A stretch of 61,405 nt of DNA, counting the filler, from Basidiobolus ranarum (Eukaryota), in assembly GCA_040143965.1 (NCBI GenBank). It is 12 parts of 12 records of this genome, joined end to end, with 100 filler letters (N's around TTAATTAATTAA, not from the genome) between each part and the next. Parts side by side here need not be neighbours in the genome. Positions count along the whole stretch, not along the records: positions 25,683 to 30,709 come from JASJQH010001738.1; positions 30,810 to 35,832 come from JASJQH010001739.1; positions 35,933 to 40,949 come from JASJQH010001740.1; 9 more parts are not named here. The stretch is one strand, 5' to 3'. Positions within the stretch are counted from its first letter, which is position 1, and every line of letters begins with the position of its first letter. Positions 25,683 through 36,408 of this stretch are shown piece by piece. Made by a program: the position numbers and the translations under genes. The notes beneath the pieces were generated by a model, which was not told the DNA's origin, searched no databases, and saw only the letters and a list, made by a program, of their open reading frames with translations.

Positions 25683-27551
25683 GATCCCAGTAAGTAGAAC
25701 AGTAGTTTGATTAGAACAGCGGTTTAAAACTAGAGTACTTACCGTTACTATTTACTCAAGGAACCGCAATGCAGAGACGCATTGGTTACTATGAATCTTG
25801 GGCTGTCGGCAGAAAATGTCAAACAGTTGGAATTGACAACATTCGTACGCAAGACTACACTCATTTGATTTATTCATTCGCTAAGGTGTCATCTACATTT
25901 GATTTGAGTCCATACAATCCAGGGGATGAGGCGCAGTATCGTGCTTTCAACAATCTCAAAACGGGTATCCCATTGAAAACTATGATTGCCGTAGGAGGAT
26001 GGGCTCATAATGATGATTTTCCTACCGCTTTTTCGGATATGGCAGCCACTGCCGATCGTAGAGCTCATTTCATTCAATCTGCTATTCAGTTTCTGCGTAC
26101 ATATGGTTTTGATGGCTTAGATATTGTCGGTAGTTTCTATGGAGCTCATTTCTAAACATGTACTCATTAGTATCCTTTGTCTTCAAACTACAGGACTGGG
26201 AATATCCTGGTGCGGATGATCGTGGAGGTACTTCAGTTGATACAGCGAACTACTCTAGCCTTATGAGGGAGTTACGAGCCGCATTTGACCAGACCCCCGA
26301 AAAGTTTTTGTTGAGTATAGCCGCCCCTGCCAGTTTCTGGTATCTTCGTCATTTTGATGTTAGAGAAATCACCAAATCCTGTAAGTTGAAACCTTAAAAT
26401 TGTTTGTTATCCCATTTTGTCGTATTTTACTAAACAAGTGCTCAATTTCTGTATAGTGGACTGGATTAACATTATGACTGTAGGATAATTTCTTGCCTTG
26501 GCTTAGTATGGAGCTCAACTAATCGTCTTTTTTTTAGTACGATATTCATGGCAGCTGGGATGCTAACATTGAGTCCATTGGTCCGTATGTTAATTCTCAC
26601 ACTAATCTTACTGAAGTTGATGCCGCTATAGATCTATTTTTGCGTGCAGGAGCATCACCCGACAAACTCAACCTTGGACTTGGATTCTATGGCAGATCCT
26701 TCACTTTGAAGGATTCCTCTTGTACTGCAGTTGGTTGCGAGTTCAGTGGCCCCTCCCGTGCTGGCCCGTGTTCTGGAGCACCTGGTATTCTTTCTTACGC
26801 TGGTAAATGAATTCTTAAATATCCCTAGACTTAATAATGACAAGATATTAATTAACTTGAATAGAGGTTGCTTCTGTGATACAGCGTTCTGGTGTGCAAC
26901 CAATATATCATGAAGGAGCAGCAAGTCAAATTCTCACGTACGATGGTGATCAATGGATTGGCTATGATGATTCGCGTACCCTGGCACAAAAGATTCGTTA
27001 TGGTGTTGCTAAATGTCTAGGAGGAGCAATGGTTTGGGCAATCGATCTGGAAGACTTTTCTCAACCAGGCGGTATGCTACAAGCGATACGCGACTCTTTC
27101 CCATCGAATAATGTTGGCAAGTAATGCTTTATGTTGTAACATTCCGACCAGCGTTACTAATTTCTCTGCAGAGTGTGATTCCAGAGTAGCTTGCCCAAAT
27201 AATCAGTGTTGTAGCGCCTGGGGCAAATGCGGAAGCAGTTTAAGTTATTGCTCTGTTGATCACGGCTGCCAAAATCAGTGCGTTTTCAGACCAGGAGCCA
27301 TTCCCTCTTGTGCTCAAAATGGTCTGTGGCCCGAAAGTCTGATTGGGTCTACAGCTAGACTGCCCTGTCCAGGACAAAGTCAAGGAAGTCTTATTCGAGA
27401 ATGCACCGCAAATGGGTGGGGAGCTATTCAATCCATAGACAACTGTGCCGTATCAGGTAATCCGTTTTTGATACATCTGATGCATGCAGATCAATTACTA
27501 ACAAAGTAACTTCTAGGTGAAATGGCGGAGGGCATGACAAAATGTGTTTAG
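25683..27551 (+). CDS. GH18 chitinase, subgroup C (killer-toxin-like), with C-terminal CBM18 and a Cys/Trp module; 5' end on another contig
   Basis: RRIGYYESWA..R.C, YTHLIYSFA, IAVGGW, FDGLDI|DWEYP (intron 26126-26193), APASFWYLRHFD, YDIHGSWD, NSHTNLTE, LGLGFYGRSF, QWIGYDD, CLGGAMVWAIDLED; hevein CCSAWGKCG. Confidence 0.93.
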
Positions 27552-28479
27552 GTTATCCTCTCCATGTGCTCCACTATTTTAATATAATAAAGCAACTTTA
27601 AACACTTCAGTTACACTAATATTCATTACTTCGTAGCAAACACAGTTACGTTGGCATCAACCGTTACACTTAACCTCAATTTTATGAATTTGCATGGTGC
27701 GACGACGTGATTGTGTGCTAGATAGACAATCGTAGAAAGTTACTAATACTTTGGAAATGTTACCCATTTAGTGGAACAGGCTGGTTGAATTTTGGTGGAA
27801 CCGAATGGCTGGATCCCACGTGTTATAATCTTTGACTAATATGGAAAAGATTGTTGTTGCATATCATTATTTGCTGTGCACAAAATTGGTGTACATCTCT
27901 GCGTAAGTAACTGTGGCCGGTTACACGATCAAGGATATCTATTTTAAAGTCGATTATCACTTCTGTGAATTTTACGCATCTTGCAAGTGGGTATTTTCCC
28001 TTTCCTAGCAATTTTCAGTTACACTTTAGGATTCTGTCCCAAATTAGAGTTCACACGTATTATTAGTGAAATATGTCAATAACAGAACGATACTAGAATG
28101 GTGTATTCAGAGTAGCCAATAAATACAATGCAAAGCGACTGGAAGAGCTTACACCAATCCAGTATTATTCATTTGTAACTCCACTCTCTCAACTTTATCT
28201 AATTACTATACTGCATTAATACGTAGCACAGAACACTAAAGCATGGCAAATGAACAGGAAAATGATGTGTACAGATGTCACTTGAATGACACACTTTGAA
28301 GTTACATCTGTGGGAAATTGTAGTGCGTGAATTGATATTGTAGCTCCAAGTACTTCCAAATGATGTTTTTGTAATCATAATTTAATATTGTACAACACTT
28401 CTTTTCAAACCAAACTAATAAAAGGCTGAACAAGGCCTTTGACTTCAGAAACAGGTCGGACTAACCATCTGTTGAAACC

Positions 28480-30709
28480 ATGACGAGATGGCCTCTTTTC
28501 ACTCTGATCGTGCTTGCTCCCACAATTGTGTCTGGATTTAGATACTTCGACGAGAGCACGATCCCCAAAACTCTCTCCACTGCATGCAAGCAAGTTTTGC
28601 TTAAAGATGTCAATTGCCCTCCGGAAATGTTCAACGCTCGTCTGAACAACATAAATTTGTTACAAGTTCAGCAATTATGTGAACGTCAGGAGTGTAATAC
28701 CGCGTTATCTAAGTTTGCTGCCGACGTTAAAGCCAGTTGTAACGGGCAAGTCATTGAAAATGTAACAATACAGGAAGCTATGGTGGATTGGTATAATATC
28801 AATTACGAGTTAGCTTGTCAACAAGATTCATCCAAAAATTATTGCTCCGTTTCTCTGGCTCAACTGCTACATGAGAGGAATCTTAGAGCTTCTATGTTGG
28901 ATGAATACCCAACTGATATTCTGTGTACCGAATGCCTTAGTAAGCGAGTTGGACTGGAGTCCAAAATGGCTGTTGGAAGATACTCGGAAGTCGACGTTCA
29001 ATTTATCAAGAATACATGCAACCCTGCAACATATTTGCCCCTTCCGAGACCTATAGATGACGACAAAGATGTAGCCTATCCTACACCTACTTGCTCGGAA
29101 CTCAGTTACAATGTCAATAGAGGAGATACTTGCAATGCGATTATGTCAATCTTCCATCTAGAACTGGATCAGCTATTGGCACTGAATCCCGGCTTGGCTT
29201 GTGACCGCTTGGCAGTGGGTCAGAAAGTATGCGTAAAACAAATTCCGACTATAACAAGGTACAGTTTACACCAAGAATGTTATTACTAGACAGTCCTTAT
29301 TCAGCTATTCCACAATTTAGTACAACAGGCTTACCTACTCCCACACCAAAGGATTGTAAAGAGTATCCAAAGTACATTATCAAGGACTACGACACCTGTG
29401 ATGGAATTGCTACAGCTATGAAAATCACCCGGAAACAATTGATTGAGGCAAATCCAGGTCTAGATTGTTGGTATGTTCCCTATAATCAGTATCTTTGCAT
29501 ACCCTCCGATAAGCCGTAAGTCGAAGACTATAGCATTTCATTTGAACACTTGATAAGTAACAACTGAATAATATTAATCGTAGAACGAATCCTTCACCAC
29601 CTACTTCCACCTGTCCAATCGGCTCTCGCCCGTATACCCTTCAATCCGGAGATACCTGCTTTGCTGTTGGCATTTCTTATGGAGTATCGGAAGATCAGCT
29701 AAAGTTAGCTAATATTGCTTTAAATTGCCAACAGATACAGCCAGGCCTACAATTATGTATTCCACCTGCTCAAATTCCTACCCCTACGATCAAACCTGCT
29801 ACTTGCCCGACTACTGCCAGTGTTTATGAAATTCAATTAGGCGACACATGCATTACAATATCGTTGAAGAACAATATTTCAGTAGCTAGTCTACAAATTT
29901 CTAACCCTCAGTTGAATTGTTCAAAGCCAGTACTGGGTCAAGTGATATGCATTCCAAAACCTTCGGTGCCAACATCTACTCCTCCCCCCTCTTGTGGAGC
30001 TGGTACTATTTCGTATGCCGTCAAATCTGGTGATACATGCTCCGTGATAGCAGCTAGTAATGGAATCAGTATTGAGAAACTTCTGTCAGCTAATCCTACA
30101 ATGAAATGTGAACTACTGATACTTGGTCAGCAAATCTGTATCCCTCTACTTTGTAAGAATGGTGAAAAGCCCTCTCCAGTAAAAGCCGGTGATACTTGTG
30201 AAAAGATTGCAACGTCCTGGAAGGTAACCCTCGATCAACTATTGAAGAGTAATATTGGTTTGGATTGTAAAACGTTGATAATTGGTCAATTGATCTGCCA
30301 ACCTGGAACCGGAACAATTACACCTATACCCACTACAACTACTTCATCACCTGTTTCTTCAGTAGTATCTTCCACAGCATCCTCAAAGCCTACCGTAACA
30401 CCTCCACCAACATGTACCTTGGGAACCACTTCATACACTGTGAGGTCAGGCGATACTTGCGGTGCTATTGCCGCTCGTAATACCATCACCGTAGAGAAAC
30501 TTCTGGCTGCCAACCCTAATATGAAGTGTGAGCTACTGATGGTTGATCAAATCATATGCATCCCATCATTATGCCAGAACAATGACAAACCGTATACCGT
30601 TATTTCGGGTGATACATGTACAAAGTACATTCAATCATGGATGGTGAATCTAGCTCAACTTCAGAAGAGCAATCCAGGCCTTGATTGTGACCGTCTATAT
30701 GTTGGTCAA
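28480..30709 (+). CDS. Secreted multi-LysM protein (at least 8 LysM domains; 3' end cut)
   Basis: Signal peptide MTRWPLFTLIVLAPTIVSG; Cys-rich N-domain; eight DTC-type LysM repeats; introns 29259-29293 and 29516-29583 keep the frame. Confidence 0.92.
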
Positions 30710-30809
30710 NNNNNNNNNNNNNNNNNNNNNNNNNNNNNNNNNNNNNNNNNNNNTTAATTAATTAANNNNNNNNNNNNNNNNNNNNNNNNNNNNNNNNNNN
30801 NNNNNNNNN

Positions 30810-31460
30810 ATGAGTGCAAGCTCCATTGCCAGCATCACCATTATAATGACAATCTTCATCACTATATTTTCCAATATCATAAGATTCAGCTCTAATGCCA
30901 CCGTTGCCATTACCATTGTCTCCTCCATTTCTCGCACCACCGTTTCCATCTCCATTGCTATTACCACCCTTTCCAGCATCATAAATGTTAGCTCCATTGC
31001 CATTGTCTCCTCCATTTCCAGCACCACTGTCTCCGTCTCCATTGCTATTATTGCCCTTTCTAGTATCATAAGAGCCAGCTGTATTGCCACCGTTGCCATT
31101 GCCATTGCCTCCTCCATTGCCAGCACCACTGTTATCATTTCCATCCCCACGCTTTCTAGCATCATAAGCGCCAGCTCAATTGCCATTATCCCCTCCATTA
31201 CCAAAACCACCATTACCATCACCATTTCCATTTCCACCCGTTCCAGTATTGTAAGTACCTGCTCCAATGTCTCAACTGTTTCAACAATCATGCTCCTTCA
31301 TCGCAGTTATCATTGCTATTAGCTCCTCTGTCTATTATCTCCTCTGTTGCCGCTTCCACTGCCACTCTTTCCAGAATTATAAGTGCCAGCTCCATTATTG
31401 CCGTTACCATTGCAATTATCTCCTCCATTACCTTTACCGCTGTTACTGTTGCCGTTTGCA
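30810..31460 (-). pseudogene. Decayed Gly/Asn-rich repeat protein fragment
   Basis: A minus-strand frame gives repeats like GAGTYNTGTGGNGNGDGNGGFGNGGDNGN and AGSYDTRKGNNSNGDGDSGAGNGGDNGNG, with TGA stops and a frameshift. Confidence 0.65.
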
Positions 31461-31842
31461 ATCAAATGGACCTATTTTGCACTGTTACCGAAAGAGTAGC
31501 ATGGGCTCATGGGTGGTAGGGCTAATAGGTAGAATAAGTCGACTCTTGCCGTGTGCACTCTTACTGGAATGGCTTTAACCCTAACCCATTTTGACCAATC
31601 AAATGCTCTAATTATACACTCTTACCGAAAAGTATCCCAGTATAGGCAGTAGGGAAAATTGCACCTTACCGGAAATATCATAACCCTAAATCGATTTTGA
31701 CCAATCAAATCGCTATGATTCTGTACTCTTACCGAAAGAGCAGCATGGCATAAGTGGTAGTATAAATATCCTCCACGCTGTGTCTAAACTCCACTTCACA
31801 CTCTATTATTACCATAACTCAAATGATCACACGGTAGTAGTG
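31460..31842 (+). mobile_element. Putative CACTA (En/Spm)-type transposon terminus with subterminal repeats
   Basis: Ends CACGGTAGTAGTG (reverse complement CACTACTACCGTG); ~100-bp degenerate direct repeats containing (AC)CAATCAAAT and TTACCGAAA at ~31485, 31621 and 31728. Confidence 0.45.
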
Positions 31843-32680
31843 ATTCAGTTAATTAGTGTAACCTCCGTCACACCTCCGCCAAGATAGGTCTGGTTCTTTT
31901 AGGTGCAAGTATGGACAAGCCCAAGTGAATGAGTAATAGATATTCTATATTTGGTGTACTCTAGTACTTATAGAGCACAATATCTCTAGAAATAAATTAT
32001 ATTGATTTTATAACTAGTAATACTATTTATAGGATATATTTTTGTAGTATGCCACATACTAGATATATCACACTAAGACATTCTACTTTCCGTAGAGTAA
32101 TAGGTACCCTAACCCTAAGCTTTGTATAACAACGTAGGAAAGAAATCTTTATCACTTATACCACTTATGGTATGTAAGATATATATTTATCAAGCACATG
32201 TGGCGCTTAAAGTAGCACCTATCTTTCGAATATTAAAAAGCTTGTTGAGTTACCTTGGTATATATTTGATGTATTAATCCTCAATCGGTATGTTTCTAGG
32301 CTCAATTGTGAACTTGACTGAAATGTCACACTAATTATTTTTAGCATAAAGGTCAATGCACAAGAGTAGGAAACACCAGTAGATCAGCAGTCTGTACCTC
32401 GACACATAGTGTGAATACAAACACTTTGCACTTGGTTTTTGTACAATGTAAACCTTGCTTTAGAAGTATGGGAGTGTCGAAAATCTCTCTTTTCGTTATT
32501 AGTCAGGTTTTCCTATAAATCCATAAGCTATGCTCAAAATAGGGAAGTCATTAAAGCAGCCGTAGTGTCTCTTTATTAGAAGTTATACGCCAATATCTCT
32601 CATTTTCTGGGAGATTGTGGGATGTGTGAGGGAAACTACAATATAACACTATTACTACGAGTACGTAATTGAATCAAAGC

Positions 32681-33680
32681 TAATTATGAATCCAGAAAGA
32701 GAAAGCTGAAATCAGAAGTGCCATAGCTGAGCTAGATTCTACTACAGAAGATGAGTTTGATTCACTCTTCACCTGCACATCAGGTGCAGCAGAGCTAGAA
32801 GGTTCAGCTCCTTGGTTCGTAAAAGGGGCGGTTGGAGAAAGAATCTGCTACACACTAGATGATACAACCTGGGTAGCAGAGGATACAACTGAATTGGGTG
32901 GAATGATAACATTTTCAAATGGTAGGTTACTTCGGTTCTTGTACATTGGGAAACATTCACTGTGACAAAATGATATCCCTTAGCCTTGATTCCATCGATA
33001 ATCTCTGGAGTTCCTTCAACGCTAAAGCTAAGAATCTCGTGTTGAAGAGAAACAAAGTTGTCCACTTTAGGATTACCATTGGTAACAGCGTTCAGTATAT
33101 TAGCCTTAAGCGTATCATATTTGCTGGACTGTTCCATGAAGGTCCACTCTTGAGAGTCATTTTTTTCCATTGGATAACCAGATATCTCAGCTCCTTCATT
33201 ACAGTCTCCGTAGGGGGGACGCATCATGACGGGAACTACTCCAGAGGCGGTCTCAATAGCTTTCTCAGTCTTTAGCATTTCTTCTTTAATCATCTCGGGG
33301 GAGATTTTATTCAAGGAAGGATAAAAATAAGTATGAGAACCAATTTGATGGCCTTTATCGAGGATTTGCTTGAGATGTTTGCTGAAAGTTGATTCTGTCA
33401 CTTGCTTACCAATGAAGAAGAATGTAGATTTTATTTGGTTTTCCTGAAGAATCTTTAACAGGGAAGTAGTATAGAGATCAGGTCCTTATTATGGTGTAAG
33501 CTTATGAATGAATGAATATGCATGTATGAACTACTACTTACCGTCATCAAAGATCAAAGCGAAAGCACCTGGCTGATCACATTTAAAGATGGACCCCTCA
33601 CCAGTATCCTGTGCAGTAACCGAAGACACTAAAGTCTGAAGAGCAACCCAACCGACAATAACTAGAGAACGGATTTCTGA
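32681..33680 (-). pseudogene. Chitin deacetylase (CE4/NodB), probably GPI-anchored type, pseudogene
   Basis: FALIFDD|GP (one intron), GHQIGSHTYFY (second metal His lost), MRPPYG, LQHE, KGYHFVTV; no ATG before the signal peptide; frameshift and stops in the Ser-rich tail. Confidence 0.8.
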
Positions 33681-33743
33681 ATATGAATTTTAAACCTCAA
33701 GTGACTCTCATTTATCCACTTCAATGTTGAAATATACATTACA

Positions 33744-34320
33744 TTAGGTCGCCCGAAGAGTCATCGTTTTTGTCCCGGGGAACAGAATTACCTCTTCTTT
33801 ATCATCAGCAAACTGGATATCTTCTTCAACTCCTTTACCATCAGGTCTCATGATGTTAGCTTCCTTAACGAATATAGGATTAGATGCACTTTTGTAAATA
33901 GGCTGGGTTGGGTCGTATCGGCACCCACTTCGAGGGCAAGGAATCTCCATGGTGTTGTCGCAAGCGTAGGCATAGCGTAAACCCGTATTTTTGGTATTGT
34001 CGTGGAATAAGTTCTTCTCGATGAAGTAATTGTTACATCTTTGTACCTGGTTTCGGAATTGGCTATATACTCGACAACCTTCGGGATTGGTATCATAGTT
34101 CTCTAGCCATTCGTTGCTCTTATATGCCCCTTTATTTTTGCCGCTAAGAGAAGCGATATAGTTCAACTGACTATTATCTCGTAACATCTCCCTAGGAATG
34201 ACATCTTGGGCAGAGTTGAAGAATCGAAATTTGGGGCTACTACAATATTACGTGCAGTACTTACTATCCTAATGCAGTAATGGCGTCTAGGCAATGACGG
34301 CTAAATACTTGTCGGAAATC
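33744..34320 (-). pseudogene. Unidentified gene fragment (147-aa ORF, extendable upstream)
   Basis: The frame extends to SPKFRFFNSAQDVIPREM. A 25-nt GTAAGT..TGTAG intron would link it to DFRQVFSRHCLDAITALGY. No clean start found. Confidence 0.4.
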
Positions 34321-34497
34321 TATGATGACGATCATAAATTCGGTAAGAGTGTTAAAAGAGAATTCTACCTCGCAACTCAATGGTTCAGCGATATTCGGCA
34401 GCTTACAAAAGTAGGGAACAGCATTGGTGTAAATCCAGTAAGATATAGTAATGTCTAATTAGATGTGAATAAATCTATCGGAGCAATTAGACAAAGG

Positions 34498-34598
34498 GAT
34501 CAAGTAACCGCATAGATCAAGTAACCGCATAGATCAAGTAACCGCATAGATCAAGTAACCACATAGATCAAGTAACCGCATAGATCAAGTAACCGCAT
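34498..34598 (+). repeat. 17-bp minisatellite (GATCAAGTAACCGCATA), about 6 copies
   Basis: Direct inspection; one copy has ACC-ACA. Confidence 0.95.
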
Positions 34599-35721
34599 GC
34601 TACATGTAGGTATGTACAGGTTAGGGCTAGGCATTGTTTCACACTTTAGTGACTATTTGATAGTTTACTAATATATCATTGTTGATTTCCAGATATATCG
34701 TGACAGCTTTAACCAATAAATAACCATTACTAATGGCAACATGCGGCTTACAAAGTCATGGTGGCTATTCGCCAAGGAGTATGTTGGATAAAAGAGATAG
34801 AACAACCATCCAATGTCAAGGAGCTGGAAAATCTGTCGATGGATATGACGTCTTGAATAAACTAGATTGGTAGGCTGTATATAGCCGGTGTACGTAAATG
34901 TAATAGTGGTGGGGGTGGTGAGAGTGGTGGGAGTGGTGAGGGTGGTGAGGGTGGTGGTGAATCCATAGGTATAGTATTGTATTTGATAGGTATAGTATAG
35001 TATTTGATTTGATCAAGAGAGTTTAGTTTGCCAATTTTTATATATCGGATTCATAACAGGCTGTAACAAATCTTATCAGGGTACATTACAAGTATAATAA
35101 GCTTCTAGATTAGTATCCATTGTTAAAGGCCTGCTAGATGTCAAGAATACCCCAACTCTAGGCACCTACTACTACTTGGCAAAATCGTATGCTCTTTGTG
35201 GTTAAATTTAAAATGGAATTTTTCCGAACCATATCCAGGACTATTCTTAGTATGAATTGATTACTTTACCCTAATGAATTATACTCTGATCACCACGTGT
35301 AGTTTATTAAGAAATGAGTTAACCTGGATCATGTTCGATGAAATCAATTACGACTGATTTTATGCAAATTGAATAAGGTATTAATACGCGCTATGTGAGT
35401 TACTCAATACACTTCTTAATCAATCGATCGATCTTTTTACAAATCACTTGATTTTGAGAAATTCAAGACCATTGATTCTGATTAATCGTTGATAGACCAT
35501 TGGTTAACCACACTATCTCGTAATATTTGCAAGACTCGTATCAGGCCGGATCTGCACTGAAAATATCACCTGTTCTATATATTTCATGGTTCATATCACT
35601 ATTCTCTGAGTAACAATAGCATGCAGAATGTGGACTTGTTCTCTATAGTGCCGGACTGTTAATATTTCCCATCATCCGTACTCTTTCTTTCGGTTAACTC
35701 TGCAATTACAAACGGAACTAA

Positions 35722-35825
35722 ATACTGCTTACATATTATACTACTTGCATATTATACTGCTTACATATTATACTACTTGCATATTATACTGCTTACATAT
35801 TATACTACTTGCATATTATACTGCT
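35722..35825 (+). repeat. 32-bp higher-order tandem repeat of alternating 16-mers ATACTGCTTACATATT and ATACTACTTGCATATT, about 3.2 copies
   Basis: Direct inspection; lies near the contig end. Confidence 0.92.
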
Positions 35826-36408
35826 CTTCCGCNNNNNNNNNNNNNNNNNNNNNNNNNNNNNNNNNNNNNNNNNNNNTTAATTAATTAANNNNNNNNNNNN
35901 NNNNNNNNNNNNNNNNNNNNNNNNNNNNNNNNAAAAATATTTTTCTATTTCTGGCATTGCTTATCCCTACTTCACTACCCTGAGTAGCCTTGATGGTTTG
36001 TCCCTTCTCGGCGACAAGGTTCAATAGAGGTTATTTAATAGTGGGTTGTGACTGTCCCATAGGATTTCAATGATTCCTCGATAATATTAGGTTCAGGGAG
36101 GGGGGTCGATTCCATCGCTATTCTCCACATACCCACCTATTTATTCTTGGAATATCGATTTGTCGGCTAGATAATGAAGCTCAGATTTGATATTGTTTTC
36201 ATGTTCGTATAAGTTGAGTCAGTCTCGCAGCGTGCATACACTATGTAAACGTTTCACTAATTCTCCCATAGTAGAATTTATCCAAATTTATCACCTCAGT
36301 TTGTTTCCAACTCTTGTGTACTTGCTTCTCTTTTACATGAAGATTTTCAACTGATTTTATCCTAAGCATTCTGCCTTTACTCACTCTAGTTAAAGAATTC
36401 AATCCTTC

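Noticed and set aside
30758-31578. Met/Glu/Val-rich and Ile/Ser/Ala-rich ORFs as real proteins
   Set aside because: They are alternative-frame or antisense shadows of a Gly/Asn codon repeat.
31577-31588. TAACCCTAACCC as a true telomere
   Set aside because: Only two units, internal to the contig and part of a longer repeat unit.
34339-34352. Inverted 14-bp match (ACACTCTTACCGAA) to the 31617 subterminal motif as the partner transposon end
   Set aside because: Single short match with no clean CACTA terminus nearby, pointing the wrong way to enclose the same element, and possibly within an intron.
34498-34598. CRISPR-like array
   Set aside because: Head-to-tail 17-mers without unique spacers, no cas genes, eukaryotic context.
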